From NCBI RefSeq assembly GCF_001194135.2, contig NC_068990.1:59506180-59538350 (forward strand): DNA of 32,171 nt, read 5' to 3'. Shown here one piece after another: positions 21,484 through 31,606 of this stretch. Position 1 is the first letter of the stretch. The number at the start of each line of letters is the position of its first letter. The position numbers and the translations under genes are program-made. The DNA comes from Octopus bimaculoides. Taxonomy: Eukaryota. Below the pieces are notes generated by a model. That model worked only from the letters and a program-made list of their open reading frames with translations. It was not told the DNA's origin and ran no database searches.

Positions 21484-21672
21484 TGTTTATTATCTTTTAC
21501 TTGTTTCAGCCATCAGACCATGTTCATGCCGAGGCACTGCCTTAAAAAATTTTAATCGAATAAATCAACCCCAGAACTTTGTTTTTTTTTTTTTAATCCT
21601 GGTACTTATTCTTGCTCAAGGTGTCATGCAGTGTGGCTGAACCTGAAACCAAATGGTTGGGAAACAAGCTTC
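21484..21672 (-). mobile_element. Internally deleted SINE A type 1
   Basis: Tail segment (...CTGGTACTTATTC) is joined directly to head segment (TTGCTCAAGGTGTC...GAACCTGAAACC). Confidence 0.72.
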
Positions 21673-22721
21673 TAGGGCGTGATATGAGGGAGATTAAGCT
21701 GTTGTTTCTATCATGTAGAGGCTTTCTTGATAGCTCAGCAATATTCAAATTTATCATTCTTGCATCTGTGTTTAAATGCTCATCATCAGCAGGTATTGTG
21801 TGCTCTCAGCAGGTCAAATGCCATGGATCACTTGCTCTTGTGCTATCCATGGTTGGGTAGATGAAGGGGCTCCTACAATTTTTTGATGGTGACAGGTGAG
21901 TTACAGTAGAAACTGAATTAAGAATACAAAGAGACAGACCTGCAAAGCATCTTGACTGACACTCCAACAATTATTACCACTACCATGGTAATAAAGAGGA
22001 AAGGCTAAGTTAATCTCCTTGGCATGATTTGAAATCAGAACATACAACATTGAAGCAAATACCACAATGCATTTTACTCAATACTGTAATGTTACGAATT
22101 CATTGTTCAAACATTAGCAAGCTTAGTTTGGACCCATCTACACCCTGGGGATTAATAAAATAAATTTTAACAATATTTTGTTGTTCGTGAAATTAATAAA
22201 TTCTGTTTCCTGTTGTAGTGAGAATATTCAGCAATTAACTGATATTGCAATTCGCTGGAATGTTGCCCACATGAGTGGTGAATCTGGCTAATTGCAACTT
22301 CATGTGGATGCTCACGTGATCAACAAAATCTGGTCAGTCACAACTTCAAGTGGAACGACCTCCAGCAATCATACCAACTTTTGGCGCATTCCCTTCTGAG
22401 CTTTCCACTCAGTATAAATTGACACACATGCGACCACAAACTAGAGAGCTTTGGATGTAGATGAGATGGCAAGGCATTGGATGCCGAATAGACACAGGCA
22501 GCAGCTGAACAATAACAGCCAAACTCCCTCAACAATAAATAAAGTTTGTTTGTTAAAACCTCAACAGATTTCATCAATTTCTTCTGCGTGCAACTGATGA
22601 CATCTGATGCTAGAAAAAACAGCCAGATCCCAACATCAACAGAGACATACAGCTTCTAACAGTTAGTCGATCAGCTCAAGCACCAGTGGTAACCACATCT
22701 ACCAGCTACACTACAAACACT

Positions 22722-22866
22722 GGGCTTGTGTGTATAGTTGAGAAGCTTGCTTCTGGGTTCAGTCCCACGGTGTAACATCTTGGTCAAGTGTATTCTGCTA
22801 TAGCTCCCGGCTGATCAAAGCCTTGTGAGTGGATTTCGTAGGCCGAAACTGAAAGAAGGCTGTTGT

Positions 22867-22924
<58 letters not shown>

Positions 22925-22927
22925 TAG

Positions 22928-22986
<59 letters not shown>

Positions 22987-23218
22987 ATGCATGCATATGT
23001 GTGTGTGTTCCTGGTCTTGATATCATGTTATGGTTGTAAACGTTACTGTCAGAAAAACCAATGTCGTTCATTTCCAATCTTGCACGAATACATGTCCATG
23101 AGGAAATATTATTTCGCTGGGGAAACAAGTCAGGTTGGTGACAGGAAGGACATCCAGCCGTCGAAAATCCATCTCACTCATGCAAGTGTAGCAAAAAGGA
23201 CGTAAAACGATGACGAGG
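22722..23218 (+). mobile_element. SINE A, tail type 2, with internal (GA)n expansion (22880-22985)
   Basis: Family-A head; tail GGTTGGTGACAGGAAGGACATCCAGCCGTCGAAAATC...CATGCAAG...GGACGTAAAACGATGACGAG. Confidence 0.85.
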
Positions 23219-23578
23219 AGGATATCTAAAATAGTGACTCCCAACCTCTTCACTTCCAGGGATCGATCCCCTTCTATATAAATAAATTTTTCCCGCGGAC
23301 CTCAGGCTTTTGGGGCTTTTGATAAGCCTGTCTATTCAACAATTTTTTGTGATCAACAGCTCACGGAACCCCAAACAATATCTTCGTAAACAACCAGGTG
23401 GATGCGGACCGTATAATTGGATCTGCTGGCCCGAAGAAAGAAAGTAACAATAAACCGCTAAGAGATCTACATGTCCGCCCGACATGCTGGGAAACGCAGT
23501 CACATCTCATGTGCATCATTAAAAAGATATTATAGTACTCGATACACTAAACCTGCACCCCCACCCCACAAAACCCCC

Positions 23579-23899
23579 CACATGGTTCCAGGTCCAGTTC
23601 CACTGCATGGCACCTTAGGTAAGAGTCATCTACTATAGCCTCGAGCTGACCAAAGCCTTGTGAGTGGATTTGGTTGATGGTAATTGAGAGGCCGATCGTA
23701 TAGACACACACACACGTGTGTGTGTGTTTGTGTCAGTTTATCATCCACCGCCTGCGTGACCATCGGTGTTGGTGTGTTTACGTCCAATAGCTTATCGGTT
23801 CGGCAAAGGACACCGACAGAATAAGTACCAGGTTTTAAAAAAGGTACTGGGGTCGATTCATTCGAGGAAAAAAAAATTCTTCTAAGTGGTGCTCCAGTA
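23579..23899 (+). mobile_element. SINE A type 1, 5'-truncated
   Basis: CCACATGGTTCCAGG...GCCTTGTGAGTGGATTTGG...GAATAAGTACCAGG...TACTGGGGTCGATTC. Confidence 0.85.
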
Positions 23900-24278
23900 A
23901 GGAGTGATTTGTTTTTGACACACTTTTTTGTGGAGAAAGTAGTTTTCTATGCCATTAAATACGGTGACAGCTTGGCGATAAATAACATATCTTATTTGGG
24001 TAAATAAAGAGAAATCGGAGAATATTAATATATATGTTACACTTGTACAAACTTTTCATAAAGGAGAAAAATGTATGATGCAAGGGAAATAACTCTTGCT
24101 AATTGTTTTCAAGACTTCATAAAATTTCCAATCCGGTCGGTTTCCAAAAAAAGTGTTAATTGATTCTTAATCTAAGGCGTGAAATTGTTTTGTGCATGTC
24201 AATTAATCTGTAATGTAAACATAGACATAAACACAAGCATATATGCACCAGTATGCTATATTTCGTGTAATTTAATGC

Positions 24279-24495
24279 TGTTGTTTAGTCTCAGTTTCAA
24301 CTCACGTCGAGCAAACCAATAAATCAAACTTATTCTATCCGCAACCATTCCCGCATTTCTCAGCTATTTCATGCATTCTGAAGTACATCATTCATTGAGT
24401 CCTCATTTTTCTTTCTTCCTCTTTTGAAATTGTGAAAGGTGATTTGGGGGAAATTTGGTTGCTATTTCTAGTAGGTCGATCGATAAAAGAAAATC
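24279..24495 (-). mobile_element. SINE-like family D
   Basis: GATTTGGGGGAAATTTGGTTGCTATTTCTAGTAGGTCGA core; homologous to 13176-13360. Confidence 0.62.
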
Positions 24496-24835
24496 TCTCA
24501 GCAAGTAATTTATATATATAGTTCAAATTTCGTCCTAGAGTTAAAAAGAAAAAAAAAGCTTTTTATTATTTAGTTTCGTATTTTTGTGTCTTGAGTTCAG
24601 CCTCCACCTCATAGTTTTGATTTTTGCCATTCGTATTTCCAGGAAGCAATGAAATTAAATACTATAACTTCACCTAACATTTTAGCCTTGTACCAATGTT
24701 GGAAATCGTTGGTATCTGTCTATAATTTTATTATATAAAAGTTTTAAGTGATAATGAAATATTCATGGGTTAGATTTTCCTTGAAATTAATTGATTGAAT
24801 CTGAAACTTAAACTGTTTTCTGAAATATTGGTTTA

Positions 24836-25157
24836 CTTCACACTGAGATATTATAGCTCCAGTACCACAGATATGTGATTAGATTGTCGTAGGAAAGAAT
24901 CGCCAGACTTGGTCTTCAAGCCAAACCAGCCAAGACAGCTGGCAGGTGACCTAGGGGTAGATCAAGAATGAAAGTGTCAGGTAATATTCATCACCCCAGT
25001 TGGTCACACTTGGGAATCCAGCCAGAAAGTCAAACGACGGTTGCTTCTTACAGTACCCTATGGAGGAGCAAGTGCTTGAGGACTCTACTGCAACAACCCT
25101 CTCAGGAATAGTGGGTAGAGAAGATGAATGGATGGATGGGTGAATAGATGGATTGGT
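24836..25157 (+). mobile_element. Rex3/Expander-like RTE LINE 3' end with degenerate (GATG)n tail
   Basis: Frame from 24857: LQYHRYVIRLS*ERIARLGLQAKPAKTAGR*PRGRSR...SWSHLGIQPESQTTVASYSTLWRSKCLRTLLQQPSQE* (stop 25109-25111). Resembles the Rex3/Expander C-terminus (RPRGRPR...AWERLGIPP...W..LL.LLPP) as I recall it; followed by ATGAATGGATGGATGG. Confidence 0.72.
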
Positions 25158-25202
25158 TTATTATTGATACTCTGACATAATGCCGATATTTCTGATGGAG
25201 TA

Positions 25203-25409
25203 AAGGTGGTGAACTGGCAGAATTGTTAGCATGCCAGGCAAAATGCTTAGTGACATTTGCTCTGAGTTCGAATTCTGCTAAGGTCAATTTTGCCTTACAT
25301 CCTTTCAGGGTCTAATAAAACAAGTACCAGTTGAAAACTGGGGTCAATGTAATAGACTTAACTCCTTCCCCCAAAATTTCTGGCCTTGTACCAAAACTTG
25401 AAACTAATG
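25203..25409 (+). mobile_element. SINE family C with ~14-bp TSD
   Basis: TTTCTGATGGAGTA (25189-25202) and TTTGTGATGGAGTA (25410-25423), 13/14. Confidence 0.9.
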
Positions 25410-26192
25410 TTTGTGATGGAGTAGCAAAAGAAAATTGTTTTCAAGTTGTTTTCAGAAATAGGAAGATGATCCTTTAGTGTGATCATTCATTGTCAGTTCA
25501 GCAAAACTACTGTGAGTTATATGATAAACAATCCTCTCAATAAACATGATTTGGAATTTTTCTGTGCATTAAAAAGAATTAAAAAATATAAATGTAGAAA
25601 ATACATTTTATTGAAAACTGTCCTTGTGATGAAGTAGTTTAATGGGATATCAGATCAAATGTTACCAGTTGTGTCCCAGATTATTAGCCTGTCATGTCAC
25701 GGATGTAGTGGAGTCAGAAAAACGTTTTAAATGTTGCTTTAGTCCCAAATTAGAGCCTTCATGCTTGTTTACTATTTCTAAGGTGGTAGTTCATCTTGCC
25801 CTCTGATATGCAATGTATCAAATCAATCTTCTTTGTATCTAGCAAGACCTCAGAAATCATTGATGAGCAGAAAAGTGGCCCTTTCATACAGCAACTCAGT
25901 TATAACTTTGAAGGAGCAGATATTCTGTGGATTGCGTTGTTCTCTACCTCTTCTCTTCTTGGAGGAAAACAGACTGAAATTACAAGAGGCTTCCTTTTTA
26001 AAAAGCAGCAGGGACTACAATAAGCAATTAAAAAAAAAAGATACGAAGGAATGAAAGATGTAAAGTAGTTGAACATTCTAACAACAACAAAATAGAAAAC
26101 CTTCTTTCATAAAAATTGAAACATTGACAGTCAATTTAGGTGTTGTGAGTAAAGTGATTCAATTTGTAATCTCATTAGAACATTAATTATAA

Positions 26193-26516
26193 GTGGCACT
26201 CTGTTGGTTCCGATGACAAGGGTTCCAGTTGATCTGACCAATGGAACAGCATGCTTGTGAAATTAACATGCAAGTGGTTGAGCACTCCACAGATATCTGT
26301 GTCCTTAACATAGTTCTCAGGGAGATTCAGCATGACACAGAATGTGACAAGGCTGGCCCTTTGAATTACAGGTACTACTAATTTTTGCCAGCTGAGTGGA
26401 CTGGATCAATGTAAAATAAAGTGTCTTTCAAGGACACAACATGTCGCCTGGAATTGAACTCACAACCTTATGTTCATGAGCTGAATATCCTAACCACTAA
26501 ACCATGTGCCTCCACT
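26193..26516 (-). mobile_element. SINE family B with ~13-bp TSD
   Basis: Inverted homolog of 5791-6114; ACATTAATTATAA (26180-26192) and ACATAAATTATAA (26517-26529). Confidence 0.9.
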
Positions 26517-27678
26517 ACATAAATTATAACCCTTCTTTTGAAGGAATATGAAACACAGGAAGATTGACCTCATCTCCAATGATTAGAGTGATGAGAAGCA
26601 GAACAGTTATAAAAACATGTTGACTTGATAAAAAGATTTTTAAAAAACTCTTCATAGCTAAAGCATCAGGGAATCATATTACAGGATTTTCTTTGGTAAT
26701 GGAGCACCACTATTGTGAAAGAATGAGAAAGGAATAATAATTTAAGTGGTTCACATCACGTCAGAGTAGAATTTTGATTAACCCCTGACTCATTATTTTG
26801 TTATTCTAGCAATATGTAATTCTATTATCACACTCTGTCTAGAGTCTGGGTGATAACAATTAAGTTTGACTCAGATAAGTACTGTATCTTCCAACATACA
26901 AGCTGAATTTTTCGGACCAAAATTTACAGCAAAAAAGAGAAAAGGTAGATTGACTTATATACCAAGATGACTTTGAAGAACCAAACATTTAATGTGAAAT
27001 GCAGCAGTATTTGGAAAGATAGCGATGAAGTATGATTGTTTACTCTACATATTTATACAATATACCATATTGACTTGTATGCTGGAAAAATACATTAATA
27101 TGAAACATCTTTCTGCATGCGAGTAGTAAGATGGCATCTGCCGATATACATTCGACTGACATTCCATTGTCAACGATTTATGTATTGTATTATATCAAAG
27201 GTATGAAGTTTATTCTTATAGCTTCTATTCTCTTAATAAATCAGGAAAATATGTCTGAACAGCATAAGGAATTGTAATCTATTTTCAGAAGACACAAATG
27301 AGATACAACAGTCAGTTACTAAGAACCAGAAAATATTGATAGTATATTCTATCAAAATCTTCCTTTTGATCTGAATTAAAATATTTGGCAGGAATATTCC
27401 TCTTCACTGAAGAAATCTTGCCATCATGTCTTATGTGGGACAAAGGCAATCACCAACTTTATTCCATAGCTCGACTTGTTTATATCTAGGGTTATCATCT
27501 TGTTTTCAAGACCCAGGAATATAGCCCTCATTTTCTTTTCTTTAAGTGTCATCTGATATTTCTCTCGTTTCACATTGTTTATCAATAGCAAAATTCATAT
27601 AGTGACCCCATGAAATGAGTTCCAATGGATCTCCTACTTTAGTCTTATCGATAATTATTACTTTCATAAACTCTTTGG

Positions 27679-27815
27679 TTGAGAAGTTTGCTTCCCAACC
27701 TGGTTCCAGATTTATTGCATGGCATGCTGGGCAAGCGTCTACTTCAGCCATAGCCCCAGGTGAGTCAAAACCTTGTGAGTAGATTTGGTAGATGGAAACT
27801 GAAAGAAGCCTATCA
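27679..27815 (+). mobile_element. SINE A head; its body probably continues at 28590-28960
   Basis: GAGAAGTTTGCTTCCCAACC...CCTTGTGAGTAGATTTGGTAGATGGAAACTGAAAGAAGCC, then (TATG)n. Confidence 0.8.
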
Positions 27816-27830
27816 TGTATGTATGCATGT

Positions 27831-28481
27831 CATTATTCAATTTATTTTAAGATTTCTTGCCAATAGAGAAAGAACCAGTTTCTAACCTAGATCCTAGGTT
27901 TCTTCATTGGAATTTCAACATCAACAGGGTATTTTTGTTTGTTTTTTATGTATGTATGTATGTATGTATGTATGTATCTATGTATGTATCTGTCATTATT
28001 CAGTTTTATTTCAAGATTTCTGGCCAATAGAGAAAGAGCTGGTTTCTAATCTGGATCTAAAACTCCTTCATTGGAATTTCAGCAACATCGACAGAACACG
28101 TGTGCATGTATCTGTTTATGTGTGCAGCATTTGGAGTCAGTGCATGTGCAGATTTGTATGTTTTGTTTTATGTATGTACTCTCATGCATATATAAGCATG
28201 TCTTGACATGCTTATATATACTTAAATGATAACATTCTTGAAAATTTTAGAGTTTTACAGTTCCAGTGATGGCTTGGATCTGTAGTCTTTGAATCAGCTT
28301 TCTCCTTTCTGGTTTTGAGAAGCCTAATTTCTCAAGAGTGGTATTCAGGCAGTGTGTTACATACCCCAGTGCCCCAATAATTACAGGTATAAACCTGAAC
28401 TTTTAATCTGGATAGAGTGGCTGTAAATTCCTTAATAGTTCAATGTAGGTATTTTCTTTTTTGCTGATCTTTAGCTTTATG
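27831..28481 (-). mobile_element. 3' end of a restriction-like-endonuclease (R4/NeSL-type) non-LTR retrotransposon with a duplicated 3' terminus
   Basis: 28480-28247 reads IKLKISKKENTYIELLRNLQPLYPD*KFRFIPVIIGALGYVTHCLNTTLEKLGF...LIQRLQIQAITGTVK, matching the RLE C-terminal pattern (K..KY..L...IP..IGALG...LQ..A..GT). 3' UTR unit occurs twice (27831-27930, 27993-28097), each ending at (CATA)n. Confidence 0.8.
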
Positions 28482-28589
28482 CTGAGGCTATAGTAGAAGA
28501 CACTTGCCCAAGATGCCACACAGTGGGACTGAACCCGGAACCATGTGGTTGATAAGCAAGCTACTTACCACACAGCCACTCCTGCGCCT
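28482..28589 (-). mobile_element. SINE A head, well preserved
   Basis: Reverse complement AGGCGCAGGAGTGGCTGTGTGGTAAG...CCGGGTTCAGTCCCACTG...CTTGGGCAAGTGTCTTCTACTATAGCCTCAG. Confidence 0.88.
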
Positions 28590-28960
28590 ATGTATGTATG
28601 TATGTTTGTATGTATGTATGTATGTACGTATGTATGCATGTATGTATGTGTACACACATACATATATATGCATATGTGTGTGTGTTGTGTGTGTCTGTAT
28701 GTGTGTGTTTGTGTGCATCCTTGTCTAGACATCACACGATGGTTATAAATGAGCATCATCATTTGCTAATAAACAAGGTTGTTAATTTTCAAATTTCCAT
28801 GAAAAAATATGTCCAGAAATGGGAAAAATATTATCACATGTGGAAACATGTAGGGGTTGGCAACAGAAAGGGCATCTCTGACCAGAGAAAATCTGCCTCA
28901 ATAAACTGTGGCTGATGCATGCAAGCATGGAAAAGTGAACTTTAAATGATGATGGTAATG
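28590..28960 (+). mobile_element. SINE A type-2 body and tail preceded by (TATG)n/(TG)n
   Basis: CCTTGTCTAGACATCACACGATGGTT...GGTTGGCAACAGAAAGGGCATC...CATGCAAGCATGGAAAAGTGAACTTTAAATGATGATG. Confidence 0.82.
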
Positions 28961-29119
28961 ATGATGATGATGACGGTAGTGATGGTGGTGGTGGTGGCAG
29001 CAGTGGCGGCAGTGACGGCAGCGGCAGCAGCGACGGTAGTGGTGGCAGTGGCAGCGGTGGTGATGATGATGATGGCGACAATAATGACGAGGAGGAGGAA
29101 GAGGATGGTGATGATTATT

Positions 29120-29151
<32 letters not shown>

Positions 29152-29160
29152 GGTGGTGGT
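28945..29160. repeat. Compound (GAT/GGT/GGC/GAG)n tract
   Basis: Direct inspection. Confidence 0.95.
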
Positions 29161-29544
29161 AATAGAAAGTGCTTTGTTGGCAGCGAGTTATTATAGAGTG
29201 TAGGATAAAACATGTTGCCATACTTATTCCTGTTCTTTGTGTTCTGTGTTCAAACCCTAATGAAGCCCATCCCTACCGAAGTCACATTCTGCATGGTTAT
29301 GGTTATGGGTGGGAAGGCCTGCGAAGGTGTCTACACCTGCTTCCATGACTACATGGACACCAACAACAATTGCTTAGCAAGTCGTACTAGATTCCATGTG
29401 GCTGCTGTATTTCTGCTGCCATAACAAATGACCTGAAACCATTTATCAGATTCTTCCTGCTACGATGCTAATCCCAGACACATTTGACTTTTCATTCTCA
29501 GTTATGTCTTAACCCTTGGACTGCATAATTAAATTTCACAATCA

Positions 29545-29826
29545 TTCATAATGATCATTCATCATTGTCGTCATCATCATCATCACCATCATCATCATTA
29601 TCACCATTACCATCATCATCATCATCATCATAATCACCACCACCACCATAATCATCATCATCACCATCTTCCTCCTCATCATCATCACCATCTTCCTCCT
29701 CATCCTCATCATCATTGTCTTCGTTGTTGTAACCATCATCTACATCATCATCATCACTATCAACTCCACTACCACCGCCACATCATCATCATCATCATCA
29801 CCACCACCACCACCACCACCACCACC
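29545..29826. repeat. Compound (CAT/CAC)n tract running into a gap
   Basis: Direct inspection; produces spurious poly-His ORFs. Confidence 0.95.
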
Positions 29827-30668
29827 NNNNNNNNNNNNNNNNNNNNNNNNNNNNNNNNNNNNNNNNNNNNNNNNNNNNNNNNNNNNNNNNNNNNNNNNNN
29901 NNNNNNNNNNNNNNNNNNNNNNNNNNNNNNNNNNNNNNNNNNNNNNNNNNNNNNNNNNNNNNNNNNNNNNNNNNNNNNNNNNNNNNNNNNNNNNNNNNNN
30001 NNNNNNNNNNNNNNNNNNNNNNNNNNNNNNNNNNNNNNNNNNNNNNNNNNNNNNNNNNNNNNNNNNNNNNNNNNNNNNNNNNNNNNNNNNNNNNNNNNNN
30101 NNNNNNNNNNNNNNNNNNNNNNNNNNNNNNNNNNNNNNNNNNNNNNNNNNNNNNNNNNNNNNNNNNNNNNNNNNNNNNNNNNNNNNNNNNNNNNNNNNNN
30201 NNNNNNNNNNNNNNNNNNNNNNNNNNNNNNNNNNNNNNNNNNNNNNNNNNNNNNNNNNNNNNNNNNNNNNNNNNNNNNNNNNNNNNNNNNNNNNNNNNNN
30301 NNNNNNNNNNNNNNNNNNNNNNNNNNNNNNNNNNNNNNNNNNNNNNNNNNNNNNNNNNNNNNNNNNNNNNNNNNNNNNNNNNNNNNNNNNNNNNNNNNNN
30401 NNNNNNNNNNNNNNNNNNNNNNNNNNNNNNNNNNNNNNNNNNNNNNNNNNNNNNNNNNNNNNNNNNNNNNNNNNNNNNNNNNNNNNNNNNNNNNNNNNNN
30501 NNNNNNNNNNNNNNNNNNNNNNNNNNNNNNNNNNNNNNNNNNNNNNNNNNNNNNNNNNNNNNNNNNNNNNNNNNNNNNNNNNNNNNNNNNNNNNNNNNNN
30601 NNNNNNNNNNNNNNNNNNNNNNNNNNNNNNNNNNNNNNNNNNNNNNNNNNNNNNNNNNNNNNNNNNNN

Positions 30669-30900
30669 GTTGTCAAGCGATGTTGGTGGGGACAAACACA
30701 GACACACAAACACACACATACACATACATATACATATGTACGATGGGCTTCTTTCAGTTTCCGTCTACCAAATCCACTCACAAGGCTTTTGTCAGCCCAA
30801 GGCTATAGTAGAAGGCACTTGCCCAAGATGCCATGCAGTGGGACTGAACCCAGAACCATGTGGTTGGTAAGCAAGCTACTTACGACACAGCCACTCCTGT
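30669..30900 (-). mobile_element. SINE A (5' part; remainder in gap)
   Basis: CCAAATCCACTCACAAGGC...GCCCAAGATGCCATGCAGTGGGACTGAACC...ACAGCCACTCCTG. Confidence 0.88.
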
Positions 30901-30909
30901 GTCAACAGT

Positions 30910-31275
30910 TGATGTTGACGAATTTCAGGAAGCCTGGAAATTTTGAAGGGTGTAGTGTCTGGCAGCTAACATCTAATGTGGGTAGTTTATTCCATGCTTC
31001 AGAAATTCTGAGTGAGAAAAATTTTTTTGTGAAAGTCATGGGTGCTGTGTTGTTTTTTTTTTTATTTTGTAAGCATGTTCACAAGTATTAGACATATGGA
31101 ATTCAAAAAGGTGTCCAAGGTTGTTGTTGGAAGGGTGGTGGATAATATTGTGGATGTCTACCAAGTCAGTTGCTGGCTGTTGGAGGTTTAATGTGTCCAT
31201 GCTCAGGGAAGCAAGATGTTTGGAGTATGGTAGATGCTTGATGGCAAGTATTTGTCTGGTTGCATGTTTTGACTA
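30910..31275 (-). mobile_element. CR1-clade LINE 3' coding remnant
   Basis: SKHATRQILAIKHLPYSKHLASLSMDTL...DLVDIHNII...SNTCEHAYKIKK, then after two poly-A frameshifts FFSLRISEAWNKLP. Matches CR1 C-terminal motifs (LPYxERL, TRGHxxK, FFxxRVxxxWNxLP). Confidence 0.82.
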
Positions 31276-31606
31276 TCCACCAAATAATAGAATTGATATT
31301 TTCTGTTTCTGCAATAAATACTTTTAAAATACTGTATTTCTTGTTGGTATGGTTTTCATATCCACCACAAAAAGTATTTGGTTTTTTTTCTTTCTAAAGA
31401 GATATTTGGAGATACGTGAGAAAATAAGGAAAATCAGAAAAATTGTTTTCTGTAAAAAGTATCACTGGGTATGTCTCTGGTTCTTTCAGTACAAGGAGAA
31501 GTTTGTTTTCAAAGCCACAGGGTAAAACTGCTTTCAAAAACTGCTTTTAAGCAGATATATCTGCTTTCTGTGATCAAAGGGTTAAGCAAACCTAACAAGA
31601 GAGTAG

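Noticed and set aside
22590-22620. Hammerhead ribozyme cores at CTGATGA sites (also 2461-2485 minus, 31654, 32060 minus)
   Set aside because: No properly spaced GAAA with viable stems I-III.
22218-22700. Complex sequence with partly open frames
   Set aside because: Multiple stops in all frames and no recognisable family motif.
23232-23430. Second hAT MITE starting TAGTGACTCCCAACCT
   Set aside because: Right TIR is very degenerate and no matching 8-bp TSD was found.
25796-26054. Two overlapping plus-strand ORFs with acceptor-like sites on both strands
   Set aside because: No recognisable homology and no convincing donor; cannot be supported without RNA-seq.
29551-30870. 439-aa His-rich ORF and the other long ORFs over microsatellites or gaps (e.g. 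774-1133, 3989-4441, 17246-17703, 28898-29221, 29769-30781)
   Set aside because: Translations of simple repeats and N-runs; no domain content.
29510-31585. Large piggyBac-like element between TTAACCCTTGG (29510) and AAAGGGTTAA (31585)
   Set aside because: Only 13/17 terminal match across a gap and unrelated nested repeats; may be chance.
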